Shown: positions 26,459 to 38,752 of the stretch, one piece after another
Position numbering within the stretch: position 1 is the stretch's first letter
Layout of the letters: the number at the start of each line of letters is the position of its first letter
Assembly: GCF_009914755.1 (NCBI RefSeq)
Contig: NC_060927.1
Origin: the human T2T-CHM13v2.0 reference genome, Homo sapiens
DNA length: 64,000 nucleotides
Strand: one strand, 5' to 3'
Program-made: the position numbers and the translations under genes
Notes under the pieces: generated by a model
Database searches by the model: none
What the model saw: only the letters and a program-made list of their open reading frames with translations
Told to the model about the DNA's origin: nothing

Positions 26459-27001
26459 TGCTATGCTCAAAACCTTTGTGTCCCCTGAAATTCATTGTGT
26501 TGAAACCTAATCAGTAATGTGATGGCATTAGAAGGTGGAGCCTTTGAGAGGTGATCGGGTCACGAAGACAGAGCATTTTAATTGTTTGTCTGGTTACTCC
26601 AAGTGTTTGAAGATTAAAAACTATTTCATTTAAGTTAGTTTTTAGTTCTCCATTAATTATGGTTACATAACTAATTTACATTATAAACAACTGTTATTAA
26701 ACAAAGAAAAATTTCATTCTATTTTCTGCCCAAATAATTATAACTGATAGAGACTGAAAAAACATGTGTAGTGCCCTTATTAAAGAGGCCCCAGAGAGCT
26801 GCCTTGCCCCTTTCACCATGTGAGGACACAGTGAGAAGTCAGCTGTCTGTAGCCCAGAAGAAGGCCCTCACCAGAACCTGACCATGGAGGCACCCTGATC
26901 TCAGACTTCCAGCCTCCAGAACCGTGAGAAACAAATTTCCGTTGTTTATAAGCCACCTGGTCTATGGTATTTCGTTATAGAAGCCTAAACTGAGTAAGAC
27001 A
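26459..27001 (+). mobile_element. MLT1A-like MaLR solo LTR interrupted by a ~195-bp insertion
   Basis: TGCTATG..TGTGTCCCC..AAATTCA..TGTTGAAACCTAA..GGAGCCTTTG..|TAGTGCCCTTAT..CCATGTGAGGACACAG..CAGACTTCCAGCCTCCAGAAC..TAAGACA. Confidence 0.9.
26575..26768 (-). repeat. Inverted copy of about 49301-49501 inserted into the LTR
   Basis: AAAAACTATTTCATTTAAGTTAGTTTTTAGTTCTCCATTAATTATGGTTACATAACTAATTTACATTATAAACAA is the exact reverse complement of about 49379-49453; flanking parts are more diverged. Confidence 0.95.
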
Positions 27002-27448
27002 CTTTGGCTACCTGGTTCTGGTGGTTCAGCTCTGACCATCAATCAAATTCAGGTTCAGATCTTCTTGGCATTTTGTACTTAAGAGCCATTTATATCTGAC
27101 ATATGGTGGTAAGTTCCTTTTTTTTTTCCCCCTGTTACAGTAATAGTAAAACCTTGGCTGGTTAAATCCTGGGCATTCCTATTTGTGAAGTGCATTTTTG
27201 TTTATAGGGTAATTTCTTAATTTCTACAATTTCCAAAAATGTACAAGGGACAGCATGAAACAAGTGTGCACCACGCAGTATCATAGATGCACTTTCAATA
27301 ACAGCTCCCTTATTTCTCAGCCATGTGGCCTTTGGAAATCCATTTAATCTCATTCTGTCATCTAAAAAAAAAAAAAAGGTGGTATCATCTTCCTGGGGGG
27401 CTATGCAAATTGAGATGCAATAAATTTAAAGTACCTGGCATGGAGTGA

Positions 27449-27787
<339 letters not shown>

Positions 27788-28068
27788 TAATTACAAGAAA
27801 CACCTCCTCTCCCTCATGTATTCATTGCGTCCTCAACGAGAAGTTTCTCCTTTCTGCAATGACAAAATCTCTGCATTTCAGCTGGATAAATAGCTAGGAA
27901 GCTGAGAAATAAATACTTCTGATATTCCAGAGATGGTTGAACATAATCTGCTTCTTTTTAATGAAGCAGATTCTGTTAAGATAAATATTTGAATATTAAG
28001 AAATTACACCAGTGATTTAATTTTTCAGGCAAGAATTGAAGTATAAAGCAGTGGATATTTATTTTTTA

Positions 28069-28194
28069 TTTTTAAAATTTTATTATTATTATACTTTAAG
28101 TTTTAGGGTACATGTGCACAATGTGCAGGTTAGTTACATATGTATACATGTGCCATGCGGGCAGAAACTCTACCTAATGCTAAATGACGAGTTA
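28069..28194 (-). mobile_element. Miniature L1PA (L1PA3/4-like) insertion with a 5' inversion and junction filler
   Basis: Antisense 3' end 28069-28158; filler 28159-28170; plus-strand L1 3'UTR TACCTAATGCTAAATGACGAGTTA 28171-28194; TSD TATTTATTTTTTA (28056-28068, 28193-28205). Confidence 0.9.
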
Positions 28195-29033
28195 TTTATT
28201 TTTTAAAATGATTATTTGTATTGGCTTTTAGTTTTCTTTTTAAATAAATCTGTACTATTTAGAAAAGATAAAGTCATCACCTACGCAGGTAAAGAAAAAG
28301 GAACATCTTTAACGTTTTCTAGATAATGGCATGCATCCTAAACATTGTTATAAAATAATGAAGATTTTGAATTTCTTTTAATAAACCTCTTAAAACAGTG
28401 TTATTTCAAAATTATATTACTAACTCTTTTTGTTAGTAGGAATATATATTTCATGAGTTACTTTTTCTAAGCAGTATTTTAGTCAGATAATACATATCTT
28501 TTGCTTTAAATGCATTTTATCTGTGTGGAAAGCAGTATTACAGGCTACATCTTTGCCAGTAGTTCATATCACTTTGTCCAAGCAGAAGATACTAAAGCTT
28601 GATAGCACTGGGGGCAGAATTAGAGAACTAGATTTGACTGATTAGCTAACAGAAGCTAAGTCCAGTTTCCTAACCTTGAGTGTGAGACACTAGTGCTCCT
28701 GAATTGTCTAACTGAGCATCCACCGTGTGGAAGACACCATTTTGGTGTTTCAACAATGTCAGTCAACAAAACAGAGCCAAATTTATTTTCTGCAGAGCCT
28801 ATTTTTTGGTGTGGGGGCTGTGAAAACAGCATAAAATCAAAATTATCAGGTGGAAACAGACCATACTATTGTCTTAATATAGTCTCTCTGACTTCTTGAA
28901 ATTTACTGAAAGCTATGGGATCTCTGGCCCATTTTGCTAACTTTCTGATAACCCAGCTCTGCTGTCAGAGTACGAGGAATCAATCCTCCACTTCACCACC
29001 CACCCAGAGTGCTGAATGCCACTCACCACCGCA

Positions 29034-29052
29034 GGGTCGCCAGGGGGCGCAA
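29034..29052 (+). promoter_or_regulatory. CTCF-binding motif (candidate insulator or loop anchor)
   Basis: GGGTCGCCAGGGGGCGCAA compared with the core consensus TGGCCACCAGGGGGCGCTA; lies in non-repeat DNA with several retained CpGs. Confidence 0.8.
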
Positions 29053-29729
29053 CTGAGTCTACGGCCAAGTGAAAAAATATTCGGCTTAAGATCTGGCCTG
29101 TCCCCAGCTGAGCCCATTCCTTAGAAAGGAATATCACTAGATAATTTATTCTGGAGTGTGAGGTGGGGTGGGGTTGCCTTCTTCACTAGGCACAAAAATG
29201 TTCCAGGATGCTTGTTAAACCTGGCTCAGGGCAGGAATCTGCACTTTTAACATCCTCCCTAGTCCTTCCTTGCTCTACTAATTGGGATGCGGGGTGTCTG
29301 GCCTTTCCTGAGGTGGAAAAAAGAAAAGGCTGGCAGAGCAACAAAGTTCTCTCATAATAATGTGGTTGTTATTGAACAGATATGAGGCTATGGAACTCTG
29401 TTCTGAAAGAGTAATAAAAGTTAGGAATACCAGAGATTTCTGTCCGTGACTCCTCAGTGACCATCACAGTTAATGGGCAATATCCTCTTTGTCACCCACA
29501 GCTCCAACTGTAACTACTCTGTTGCAAGGGCAGCATTCCTGATAGCGGCGGACTGGGAAGATGTGTGGTATTTGATTAGCTTGGTTTCTCTACTCAAAAG
29601 ATTGGCATTAAAATTATTTTTGTAATATGTTGCCATATTTTTAAGCCTGAAAATTATATACTAATTTGGATATCTCAATGGGGAAATGACTGCTCTCCCC
29701 TTATTCCAAATGTTGCAAATTTAGATTTT

Positions 29730-31035
29730 TAAAAAGTAATAGATTATATTTAAATAGGTAATTATACAGATAATACCAAAGCCAAAAGAAATAAATGATA
29801 CAGGTGCACAGTAATTTTGCATACTAGTTTTATTTCTTAGTCTCCCACTTTGTCTCTCTGAATAACCATTTGTACCAATTTAGAGATATGTAGGCATCTA
29901 TGGTTGTATACCATAAGCATTGCTTTGCACCCTTTTTTAGAATTTGTGGGTTTTTTCTAATGATATGTCTTGGTGATTGGTCTGTGTACACACATATTTA
30001 TATACCTTTTTCTTGTTAATAGTTTCACCGTAGTCTGTCTATGCATGGGCAGTAATTGATTTTACCTGTCTCCTATTGATGAACATTTGAGTTGTCTTCA
30101 GTCTTTTACTCTATTAAGCAATGCTGTAATGAATATCTTTTCACATACATCTTTGCACACTGTGGAAATAAAGACCAACCAAATGAGAAAAGCAAAGGCT
30201 ATGTATTCAAAGCTTGCTGTAGTAAGGAATCAGCCACTGTCACTTGGTTTGGCAGAGTATCAAAGGCTGGCAGAGGAAAAGGGAATCTTTAAACTAGAAA
30301 AAAGTGAAGGCTTCAGGTATAAAGGCTGATTGGAGGCTGTTGGCCTGGGAATGCTATCGGTGAGCTAACTAGAAGTGGGACATCCTATGGAGTTGGTTAG
30401 GAGTGCATATTTAGCTTTCTTTGGTTCATCCTAAGTTGAAAGCAGGGACCAAAAAATAGAGAAACTGTCAGTTATTAATCAATAACTGGCCCTTTTTGGG
30501 TGATTGCTACAGAGTTAGTGTTTACCTTCCCGGATTGTTACTAGAGATAGCAACCTGGCTTCCTGCAAGTCTGACTTATAACAGGTTATTTATTATAGAT
30601 AAGGGGGGAGTAATTTCCTGGGCGGGTTACTGCAGCCTGTGAGTCAGAGCTGCATTTTTATATATGGTACAGCTATTGTCCATTTGTATATTCAGTTTCT
30701 CAATACCTATGTGAATATATTTGTATATATTTAATATGGTATATACTTACTACAAATATTTATTTTAGAAATACATTCCTGAAAGTTGAATTGAGTCAAA
30801 GATTTATGACATTTAATTTATGTATGTTTTGACCAATTACAAAATTTGATAAATTTATAATTCCCATACTCTTCTGGGGATATAACAGGGTATATTACCA
30901 AACTTTTTAAATCTTTGCCTGTCTGATAGGTAAAAATTCATATCTCAGTGTAGTTTAATTTATACTTGAGATTGAGAATGTTTTTTCATGTGTTAAATAA
31001 TTTTTTTTCTTCTTTGTGAAATATTTATTCATGTC
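29730..31035 (-). mobile_element. Old L1ME fragment split by an LTR
   Basis: TCTCCTATTGATGAACATTTGAGTTGT..AATGCTGTAATGAATATCTT | ACCTATGTGAATATAT..TTTGCCTGTCTGATAGGTAAAAAT. Confidence 0.7.
30161..30702 (-). mobile_element. ERV1-class solo LTR (MER89/MER90-like, family uncertain)
   Basis: TG...CA termini (minus strand begins TGAGAAACTGAATATACAAATGGACAAT); 4-bp TSD-like ACAC/ATAC; CCAAT-type boxes; interrupts the L1ME. Confidence 0.75.
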
Positions 31036-31655
31036 TCTGTTATTAGCATATTTTTAAGTGCTCCCAGGCCAGGGAAGTTATTGATAACAGAGTAAGTCTC
31101 TGGAATTATTACCTTAAAACATTCAATTTGGAATCAGGCCTGGGAATGTCTAAAATATTGGGGAATAGAATAGATTATTAGAGAAGTTAACTTCTTTTTA
31201 AACACCTCTAACCAGCATCTATCTTTTTCTCTTATGGAGGATTAATAATAGAGGGACTAAAGGTATTGATGATAGAGGCAGAGTTTTAATCTGGAATTCT
31301 AATCCATTTTTGCTTTCATTTTCTACGTGAATCTTGAGATATTCAACTATGACATCAGAAATAGAATTATTACTTATCTGAGTGATCTAAAAAAAGCAAT
31401 AATAAAACAATGAATATTATCTTAGATACTTTTTCCATACAGTATAATCTTAAATAGTCCTGACCAAGTATGTATTTGCATTTGGAAAATGTTTCTGTCT
31501 TCATGAAGTTGTATGTATTAGTGTTTATAACTGAGACCAAATAGTGTTCACTAATTAAGGTCCTATTGAGTTTGGTAACTTCTTTATGCATCAATTCCAT
31601 ATGTCCTACACTGTAGACAGTATCTCTGCCACAACACTAGATTTTAGAAAGAAAT

Positions 31656-31679
31656 GAGACCTTATCCGAGACCTTATCC
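31656..31679 (+). repeat. Perfect 12-bp tandem duplication
   Basis: GAGACCTTATCC twice. Confidence 0.9.
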
Positions 31680-32469
31680 TCACCTGTTCAAGTCACCGTA
31701 ATTATTAAGATAAGAATTAGCAGTATTTTTCCATAGATTTTACACTTTCTCCTCAACTCTGCTTTGATATTTCTGAAGATTTTCTTTCCAGAAAAATATT
31801 TGTTTTAATGTCTCCAGTTTGATAGTTGAAGCAACACACTTGTAAGCCAGAAGTAAATCATAAATCATTCGTCTGTAAGTTTACACCACAATCTTTGATA
31901 TTTGAAGAGAGGTTATACATACACATACACACATGCAATCAGATGTCTTTCCCAGAAAATGTTAGAACAAAATTTGTCTTACCAGTCTGGGAAAGTTGGC
32001 TTCTGTGGGCATTATGAAAGCTGGAATTGCTTTGATGTGATTCTGAATCCAAATGGCCTTTTAATCTAAGCCTCTCTATCATCTCCATCTATGTGTTTGT
32101 AATAAATACATCAATTTATGTGGGATACATTCTTTTTATACTCATTATTTCTTCCTTTTCTTGTCACCATCACCCCTTGAAAATTTCTTTTTTTTAATTG
32201 TCAATTTACTCTAAAAGCACCTGGATCTGGTCATAGGAAGGTTGAATTGCTCTCCTACTCAAGAAACAAAGCACACATCCTCTGATACTGATGTATTTAC
32301 TATTTATATTTTTTTCTCTTAGTGTTTCTGATTTTGAGAGAAAGAACTATCATCCTCCTAAAATGCTCGTAATAGTAATAGCTTTATATGTTGAAAAGTT
32401 TGCATTACTGTAGTCATGGTTTTTTACAGCTAAAATGCCTATATTGGTTCTTCTTTAATGTTTATGACA

Positions 32470-32700
32470 GACAACATGATTGGACACTTGTAATGTGCCA
32501 CACATTGTTTTAAGAGTTTTACATGTATTAATTCCTTTACTCATCATAGTAACCTTATTGGTTAGGAAATACTGTTATTCCCATTTTAAAGATAATGTCA
32601 CTGAGACACGGAGAGGCTAAGTTACCTGCCCAAGGCCGTAAGCAAATAGGGGAATTAGGATTAAATTAAAATCCACAGACTGGTTCTTGATTACTTCTCT
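32470..32700 (-). mobile_element. MIR SINE
   Basis: CCCATTTTAAAGATAATGTCACTGAGACACGGAGAGGCTAAGTTACCTGCCCAAGG. Confidence 0.75.
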
Positions 32701-34514
32701 ACTCTATTTCTTGAATTACCCATTCCTTCTTGTGAAAATGCAGCTTAATTTGATGAATACTTCTTATCTAGACTTCAGAGGTATAGTAAGTTAAATACTA
32801 TCTAATGAATATTGAACCTGGACTCAGTATTATTGTACTATTACCTTATTCTATTGGCTAAAATAAGTATTCCAAAAGTACATCAGCTAAGAAGCTGTGA
32901 AACTCATTTCTCTTATACATAATTTATCTCTTCATATGTTTAACGATTACAATTATGTCCAAATATTATGTGATAGACTGAATTATCTCTTTTTGCATCT
33001 CTGCCCTACCCTTGCCAACATAGCCCATTTTTAAGGTCCAGTTATTTTATTAATTTAGTAAGAATGCATGCTAATTATGATTTATACATATCAATAATAA
33101 AATTATGAAGATGATATTAAGGTTAGATTTAATATTTTACTATTTTCCTATGTATATTATATTCATTTGGTCTTCTTACAAACCTCCCCTATGGTCCTAG
33201 TTATTATCTTGATCATTTTGTGAGTGAAGGAGCTGAGAAACAAGGAGGAAAGTGATGTGCCCCAAACTAATATTTGGCTAAGGATAGATTTGCACTGGGT
33301 ACTTTTACAGCTAGTTCTGGGTCATTTCCACAAAAGCATTACTTGGCTGGAGTAAAACTATAAACCCAATTGTATTAGGCACCAAGCAGATCCAGATAGA
33401 ATTATCCTGTTCCAGAGTTTCATCTTTTATGATGATTGTGGAGATCTTGGGTGACTTTACAAAATAAGAAACTTTTAAAAACTGGCAATAGATAGGATCA
33501 TTTAATATGAGGATAAAGAATCTAAAGGATAGCCTTAAAAATGTGATTTATAATCATGAAGGTTTTTATACGGAGGAAAATATAATTGCATTTAAAATTT
33601 CCCTAGTAAAGGAAATTACCTGCTCTAGAAGCTGTTAACTGCTAGACTGTTGGTTTAAAATTTCAAGGGACAGAGAGGTAGATCAGGAAGGACATGGACT
33701 TTGGAGCTGGGCAACCAGGATTGCATTGCCAGATCATGGGGCAAGTAGTAACTTGTCCCATCCTCCTCTTCCTCGTTGGTCAAATAGAAATATTGATACC
33801 TACTCAGAAGTTATTGGGTGGTGGTCAGGCAAGAGGGAATCTTTAGCACAGTGTCTAGAATGTTCCAAGTGCCTAGTAATTCTTGGCTCAGGTTCTCCCC
33901 TTGGGTAGTTTGAGGACTGGAAATCCAGGCAATATTGAGATTATTAATAAAGATTTCAAGTCAAGCCCTCAAGAACACAAGTCACAGACCCCAAAACTTT
34001 TGGAGTTAGCAGGGTTTCTTTAATTAAAGAGTCCTAGTAATATGTTGGTAAGGGGGATGGGAGCTGTGGCAGATGTGTGTGACATAATTTTGTTGCAAAT
34101 GCAAATTAGTTTTCCTGTCATTTGCTAGCAAGCCCACTGTTTATAATAACTGTTCATAATGAATCAGGCTGATATTTTCTTCATACATTTTCCCTCAAGG
34201 CCCTAATAACTCTGCTTCTATGTTTTATGGTTACACATTGTGGAATGAGACTCTGGTGGAAATGCAGTCCCATTTTATAGCCTTTGTAGAAATGAGAGGC
34301 AGAGAAGAAAAGCAAAGGAAGCAAATTAGTGGTCAGAAAGGGTTCCAAGACAGCAATGTGTGTTCTTCAAGCCAGGCCTGGAGGGTATATGAGGAAGATA
34401 AAGGGTGGTCCAGAAAGCCTCCATCAGTGAAGTAGTTGAACAGAATTAAAACTATAGCAAAGGTTCTTGGACTTGGTTAGAAGGAAACCCTGAGCGACCT
34501 GAACTAAATGAGTT

Positions 34515-35320
34515 CTGTCCAATTCAGCAAATACTTACTAATACCTACTATGTCCCAGATCCTTTATAGCCTTACAGCTGTACCATCCAACATAGTAGTC
34601 ATTAGCCACATGTGCCTATTGGAATTTAAATTACCGAAAATTAAATAAAATTAAAAACTCAATTCCTCAGTTGCTCTATTTCTCAAGTTCTCAAGCCACA
34701 AAACATAGTGTGTAATGACTACTATATTAGATGGCATAGAAGAATATTTTTTTTTATGACAGAAAGTTCTCTTGGACAATTGTGCCCTAGAAGTATGAGG
34801 ATGACCAATATTTGACTCCTGCCCTTGAGGAATTTATGGTCTTAGAAGGCAGAGGAACATGTAAGGAAGGAAGAAAGTTAGTGGGGCTGTGACAGAAGTA
34901 TGTCAGCACACTGTTGTGGGAACTGAGGATAGGGTGATGAGGCCTAAAAGAGACAGTGGTCAAATATAGTAGGATGAAGGAAGAACAGCTTTTCAAAAAG
35001 GCTATGTAGAGGGTGGAACATGATCAGAGTCTTAAAAGATATGTAGTTTTACCTCAGGTGGAAAAGGGTGGAAAAAGGCATTATAAGCAAAAGTAGAAGT
35101 GCGAACCAAGAAGGGAGATGCAGTGTGGAGCGTTGGGAGAAATGCCCCTGTTGTAGCCTGGCTGGAGTGTGCTGCCAGAGCTAAGCCCCAAGAGGCAGGT
35201 GGGCCAGGCTGGGTGTTTGGGCACCACACCAGGGGTCAAGACTTGTCTTCTGGGCTGTGAGAAATCAGCGAATGGTTTTAAACAAGAGAATGAATTTTGT
35301 GATCAGATTTCTATGAATGG
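34515..35320 (-). mobile_element. L2 fragment with a nested MER3-like element
   Basis: ATTCAGCAAATACTTACTAATACCTACTATGTCCCAG..CCTGCCCTTGAGGAATTTATGGTCT..GTGATCAGATTT. Confidence 0.65.
34576..34785. mobile_element. MER3-like hAT-Charlie MITE
   Basis: TCCAACATAGTAGTCATTAGCCACATGTG..AATTAAATAAAATTAAAAACTCAATTCCTCAGTT..CAGAAAGTTCTCTTGGACA. Confidence 0.75.
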
Positions 35321-35359
35321 GAATGGAAAAAGCTAGGAGTTTGTTTCCAATGGGATGCA

Positions 35360-35530
35360 CTGCACATTTTACTGTGTCTTCGGTCAGGTTATTTAACCCC
35401 TGTGAGTCTCAGTTTTCTCATGTATAAAATGAGACTTATCTCCATCTCATAGGAATGATATGTGGATAAAATAACATAATGTAGGTAAAGCAGCCAGTAC
35501 AGTTCCTGGCACATAGCAGGTGGCCAAAGA
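35360..35530 (+). mobile_element. MIR SINE
   Basis: GGTTATTTAACCCCTGTGAGTCTCAGTTTTCTCATGTATAAAATGAGA..CCTGGCACATAG. Confidence 0.75.
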
Positions 35531-37379
35531 GTCTTAGATCCTTTTCCTTTTGGCCTTACTGTGGCAAGGGAAACAAAAATGAGTGAGGTTTATCTGTACC
35601 CCCGGGGAGCTTAGAGCAGGGAGTGGGCCTGTGTGGATGAGTAAAACAAGGACACAAGTAACTATGTCCACACCCTACACACACCCCAAACATACATACA
35701 CACACACAACCATACTAACACCTAACACATATGCACACACACACACATAATTTCTCCTGCCCAGGGAGATAGTCTAAGCTATGAGTGAGAGGACTGGCAT
35801 CAACTAACCTGTGGGACAGTTTGTTCCTGCTTCATTTTCAATGAAAGAATGAGTGCTTAAAAGCAGAGAATTGATGGAACCGGAGAAGATGATGTTGCCA
35901 CAGGGCAGGAAAGAAAAGATGGTCTCCGGTGTGGTCATGAAGTAGCAAGAGATGGGGCCTATAGGTAACCACCCCTCAACCTCCCTCCTCTCCAACAGGC
36001 TGCCCTGGGACTCCCTGGCTGGGAGGCAACATAATGAGAGGGCACAGTGGGATGGGGTTCAGAGTGAGGGCATGAGGATTAAGTCTAAGATATGGAGCAC
36101 TGGCTGTGGAGTTAGTTAGATTTCCTATTTATCGACATAAAAAGCCATCTATATTCAGATTTTATACCAAATCCTGCTTCTTTTCTATAGTCATAATCTT
36201 CCTTCCATTTTTAGTTTCCAACATTTCCTATTTTCTGTTAACAATCGAAAACTGTATGTAGTACACAAGAAGCCTAGTTCTCATTGTAAATTTATAGCAA
36301 TGTTTCCCAATTGAAAACTCTCAACTAGAACATGGCAGGTGGAAATAAAAGTGAAAGGCACAGCACCGTTAGTATTTTTTTTTTTCAAAAACAAACTTTG
36401 GCTTAAGTTCTATTAAGTTAGAGTGGTGACAATGGTTATGTCCTATTGATCTAAAGCTCCAAGTAGCATTTATCTCCTGTTAATAAAACACTGAAAAACT
36501 AATTGTCAATATGTGCAGTTTGATGCATAATCTTTCAAAATACTTGGTCCATTGAGAATGAATTAAGAAGGACACTAGGAGGTGAACACACTGTTTATCA
36601 CTGGCTCCTATCAGGACTATTGTGATATGTGGAAGGGTAAAACCAACCACATCACCTTTTCTTTAAGATTGTCAAGAGGCAGTTACAGTCATATACATTT
36701 TCTCTTGATTTTTAATGTAGACATCAAAGTATGTATAGATCAGTAATTCTTTTTTCTATTTCTATGTGTTCCTTAGAAATGTAATTGGAGAGATGGCATT
36801 GTGTAAGATTGCATACTAGTCTGGCAATTATTTGTCATGAGAAATGTATTAAGAATGATGGATAACTTTAAGGTCCATAAAAAATATGAGGCCTGTTGTA
36901 GTCCTAGAATTCCAGAGCTAAATTTTCTTCAAGTCAAATTAGTATTTTGTTTCTGTTTCTTCTTTTGGTGCAGTTGAGGTATCCTAATAAATATTCGGCT
37001 TAGAGCATTCCACTTAAAATTTTTAATCTTTGTAGATTTATAGTATTGTGATTCCACTGTCAAAATGACAGATACTGATATGTATTTTAAGGTAATCTTA
37101 TATGATTATTTTTCAGTGCACTGTATCAATCAATGCCCTGACAGGTCATAAAATGTTACAGCTCATAAAGAACCAGTATATACTCAATTTTCAAGGTACA
37201 GCAGAAGAACTATAAATTAAATTGATTACATAACTATAAAATAATTAGTCCAGTATTTCCAGACAACTTTTTAAAAGAACTTCCCTGCCACAGATCACTG
37301 TTTGAAAAGGAACTGGTCCCTATTAAGTCTGTCCAGTTTTGTACACTGTGCTTGAGTTTTTTTCTCTTTTACTTTACAT

Positions 37380-38752
37380 CCCAGTAGCTCCCCTCTACTT
37401 CCTTCCTCAAGGTGAGCTCGTTCCCTCCTTGGGCTTCAACTAACTCCTATATGTAGGAGTTTCTAAATTTATATCTCCTCCCCAGACATCTCTTCCAATA
37501 CATAGATTCAATGCTTCCATGCCTATTAGGTATGTCTTGGATGGGATTTCCCCACAAGCAGACCTTGAGACAAGGGTTTGAGTGCAAGTACTTAATTTGG
37601 GAAAGTGTCCCATAGGCCCTGGTAGGGGAGGGAAGATGTGATATGGGAATCAGGAGTTCGTCGTGAGGCAGATTTCCACTGGGGGGCCACTGAAGTTCAG
37701 TCCTGATGGGGAGCTCTGGGAGACAGGACACAAGACACCTTAGAATTAACCTCCCCCAGAGGGATCCTCCAGAGGGCTGGGGAGTGGGGTCATTGATCCT
37801 CCAGCTCCATCTGTCATTGCCTGAAGACTGCTTTTGCAGGTGTTAAATGGTCACTCTTTCCTTCGGATGTCCCTCCCACAAAAAGGAGCAAAAGCCTTCA
37901 GGTGGAAAGTTGCAGGTGTATGTACTGACAAGGTGAGGCCAAAGGGATATAGGTGAGGACAGGGCACTGCAGTGTCTGAGAGTGACACTTCCACCTGAGT
38001 GTACACAGATTCATCAAGCTCTGCATATCCAGCCCTAGCTCCCCAAACTTGTTTTTCCTCTACATCCTGGAGAATGCGCTACAGTGTACTCCTTGATCCA
38101 GGCAGGAACCCCTCTCCATCCCCCTACTTCCTCTCACGGATGAAATTCTATCAATTTCATCTCTTCAAAGATCCTTACTCTGTTCACTTTTTTCTCTCAC
38201 CACACTGGAAATCCAGTATTTTCCCCACACTTTTCTGTATTAGCCTCTTGACTTTCTCTCTGCCTTGAGTCACACCAACCTATAATCTTTCCTATAGACA
38301 GAGTGAGGGTTCCAAACTGAAAATCTGACCATGTTCATTCTCTGCTTAAAGTCATTGATGATAGCACAGGGTACTGCATGTGAGGTCCTTCATGGTTTTA
38401 TATCATCCCGTATCACTATTCCCACCTCACCATATACTGTGCATGCCACCCTGGGTCTTTGTGTAGGCTCTACCTGGTCCTGGCTCATCACCATAGCTCA
38501 GGTGTCACCTCCTGAGGGTGTCCTTTCCTGACTCCTCACCTTCCCCATCCCAAGCTGTGCAGCTGCCCCAAATGTGGCTTTGCTTGCTCACATTTCTTAG
38601 CATACCACAGTGTTATTGCCTCCTTCTTTGACTATCTCTTCAACTCAGCTGTTAAGTTCTCTGAAGGCAGTGACTCTATATTAATGTCAAATTTTTAGCA
38701 CCTAGCACAATACCTGTTCATAATAGGTGCTCAATAAATATTTGCTGAACCA
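37380..38752 (+). mobile_element. L2 fragment to its 3' end, split by an LTR
   Basis: AAATTTATATCTCCTCCCAGAC..AAATCTGACCATGT..CTGCTTAAA..GCACCTAGCACAATACCTG..GGTGCTCAATAAATATTTGCTGAA. Confidence 0.75.
37532..37985 (-). mobile_element. Old ERV-L-class LTR (LTR33/LTR16-like)
   Basis: TGTCTTGGATGGGATTTCCCCACAAGCAGACCTTGAGACAAGGGTTTGAGTGCAAGTACTTAATTTGGGA. Confidence 0.7.
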
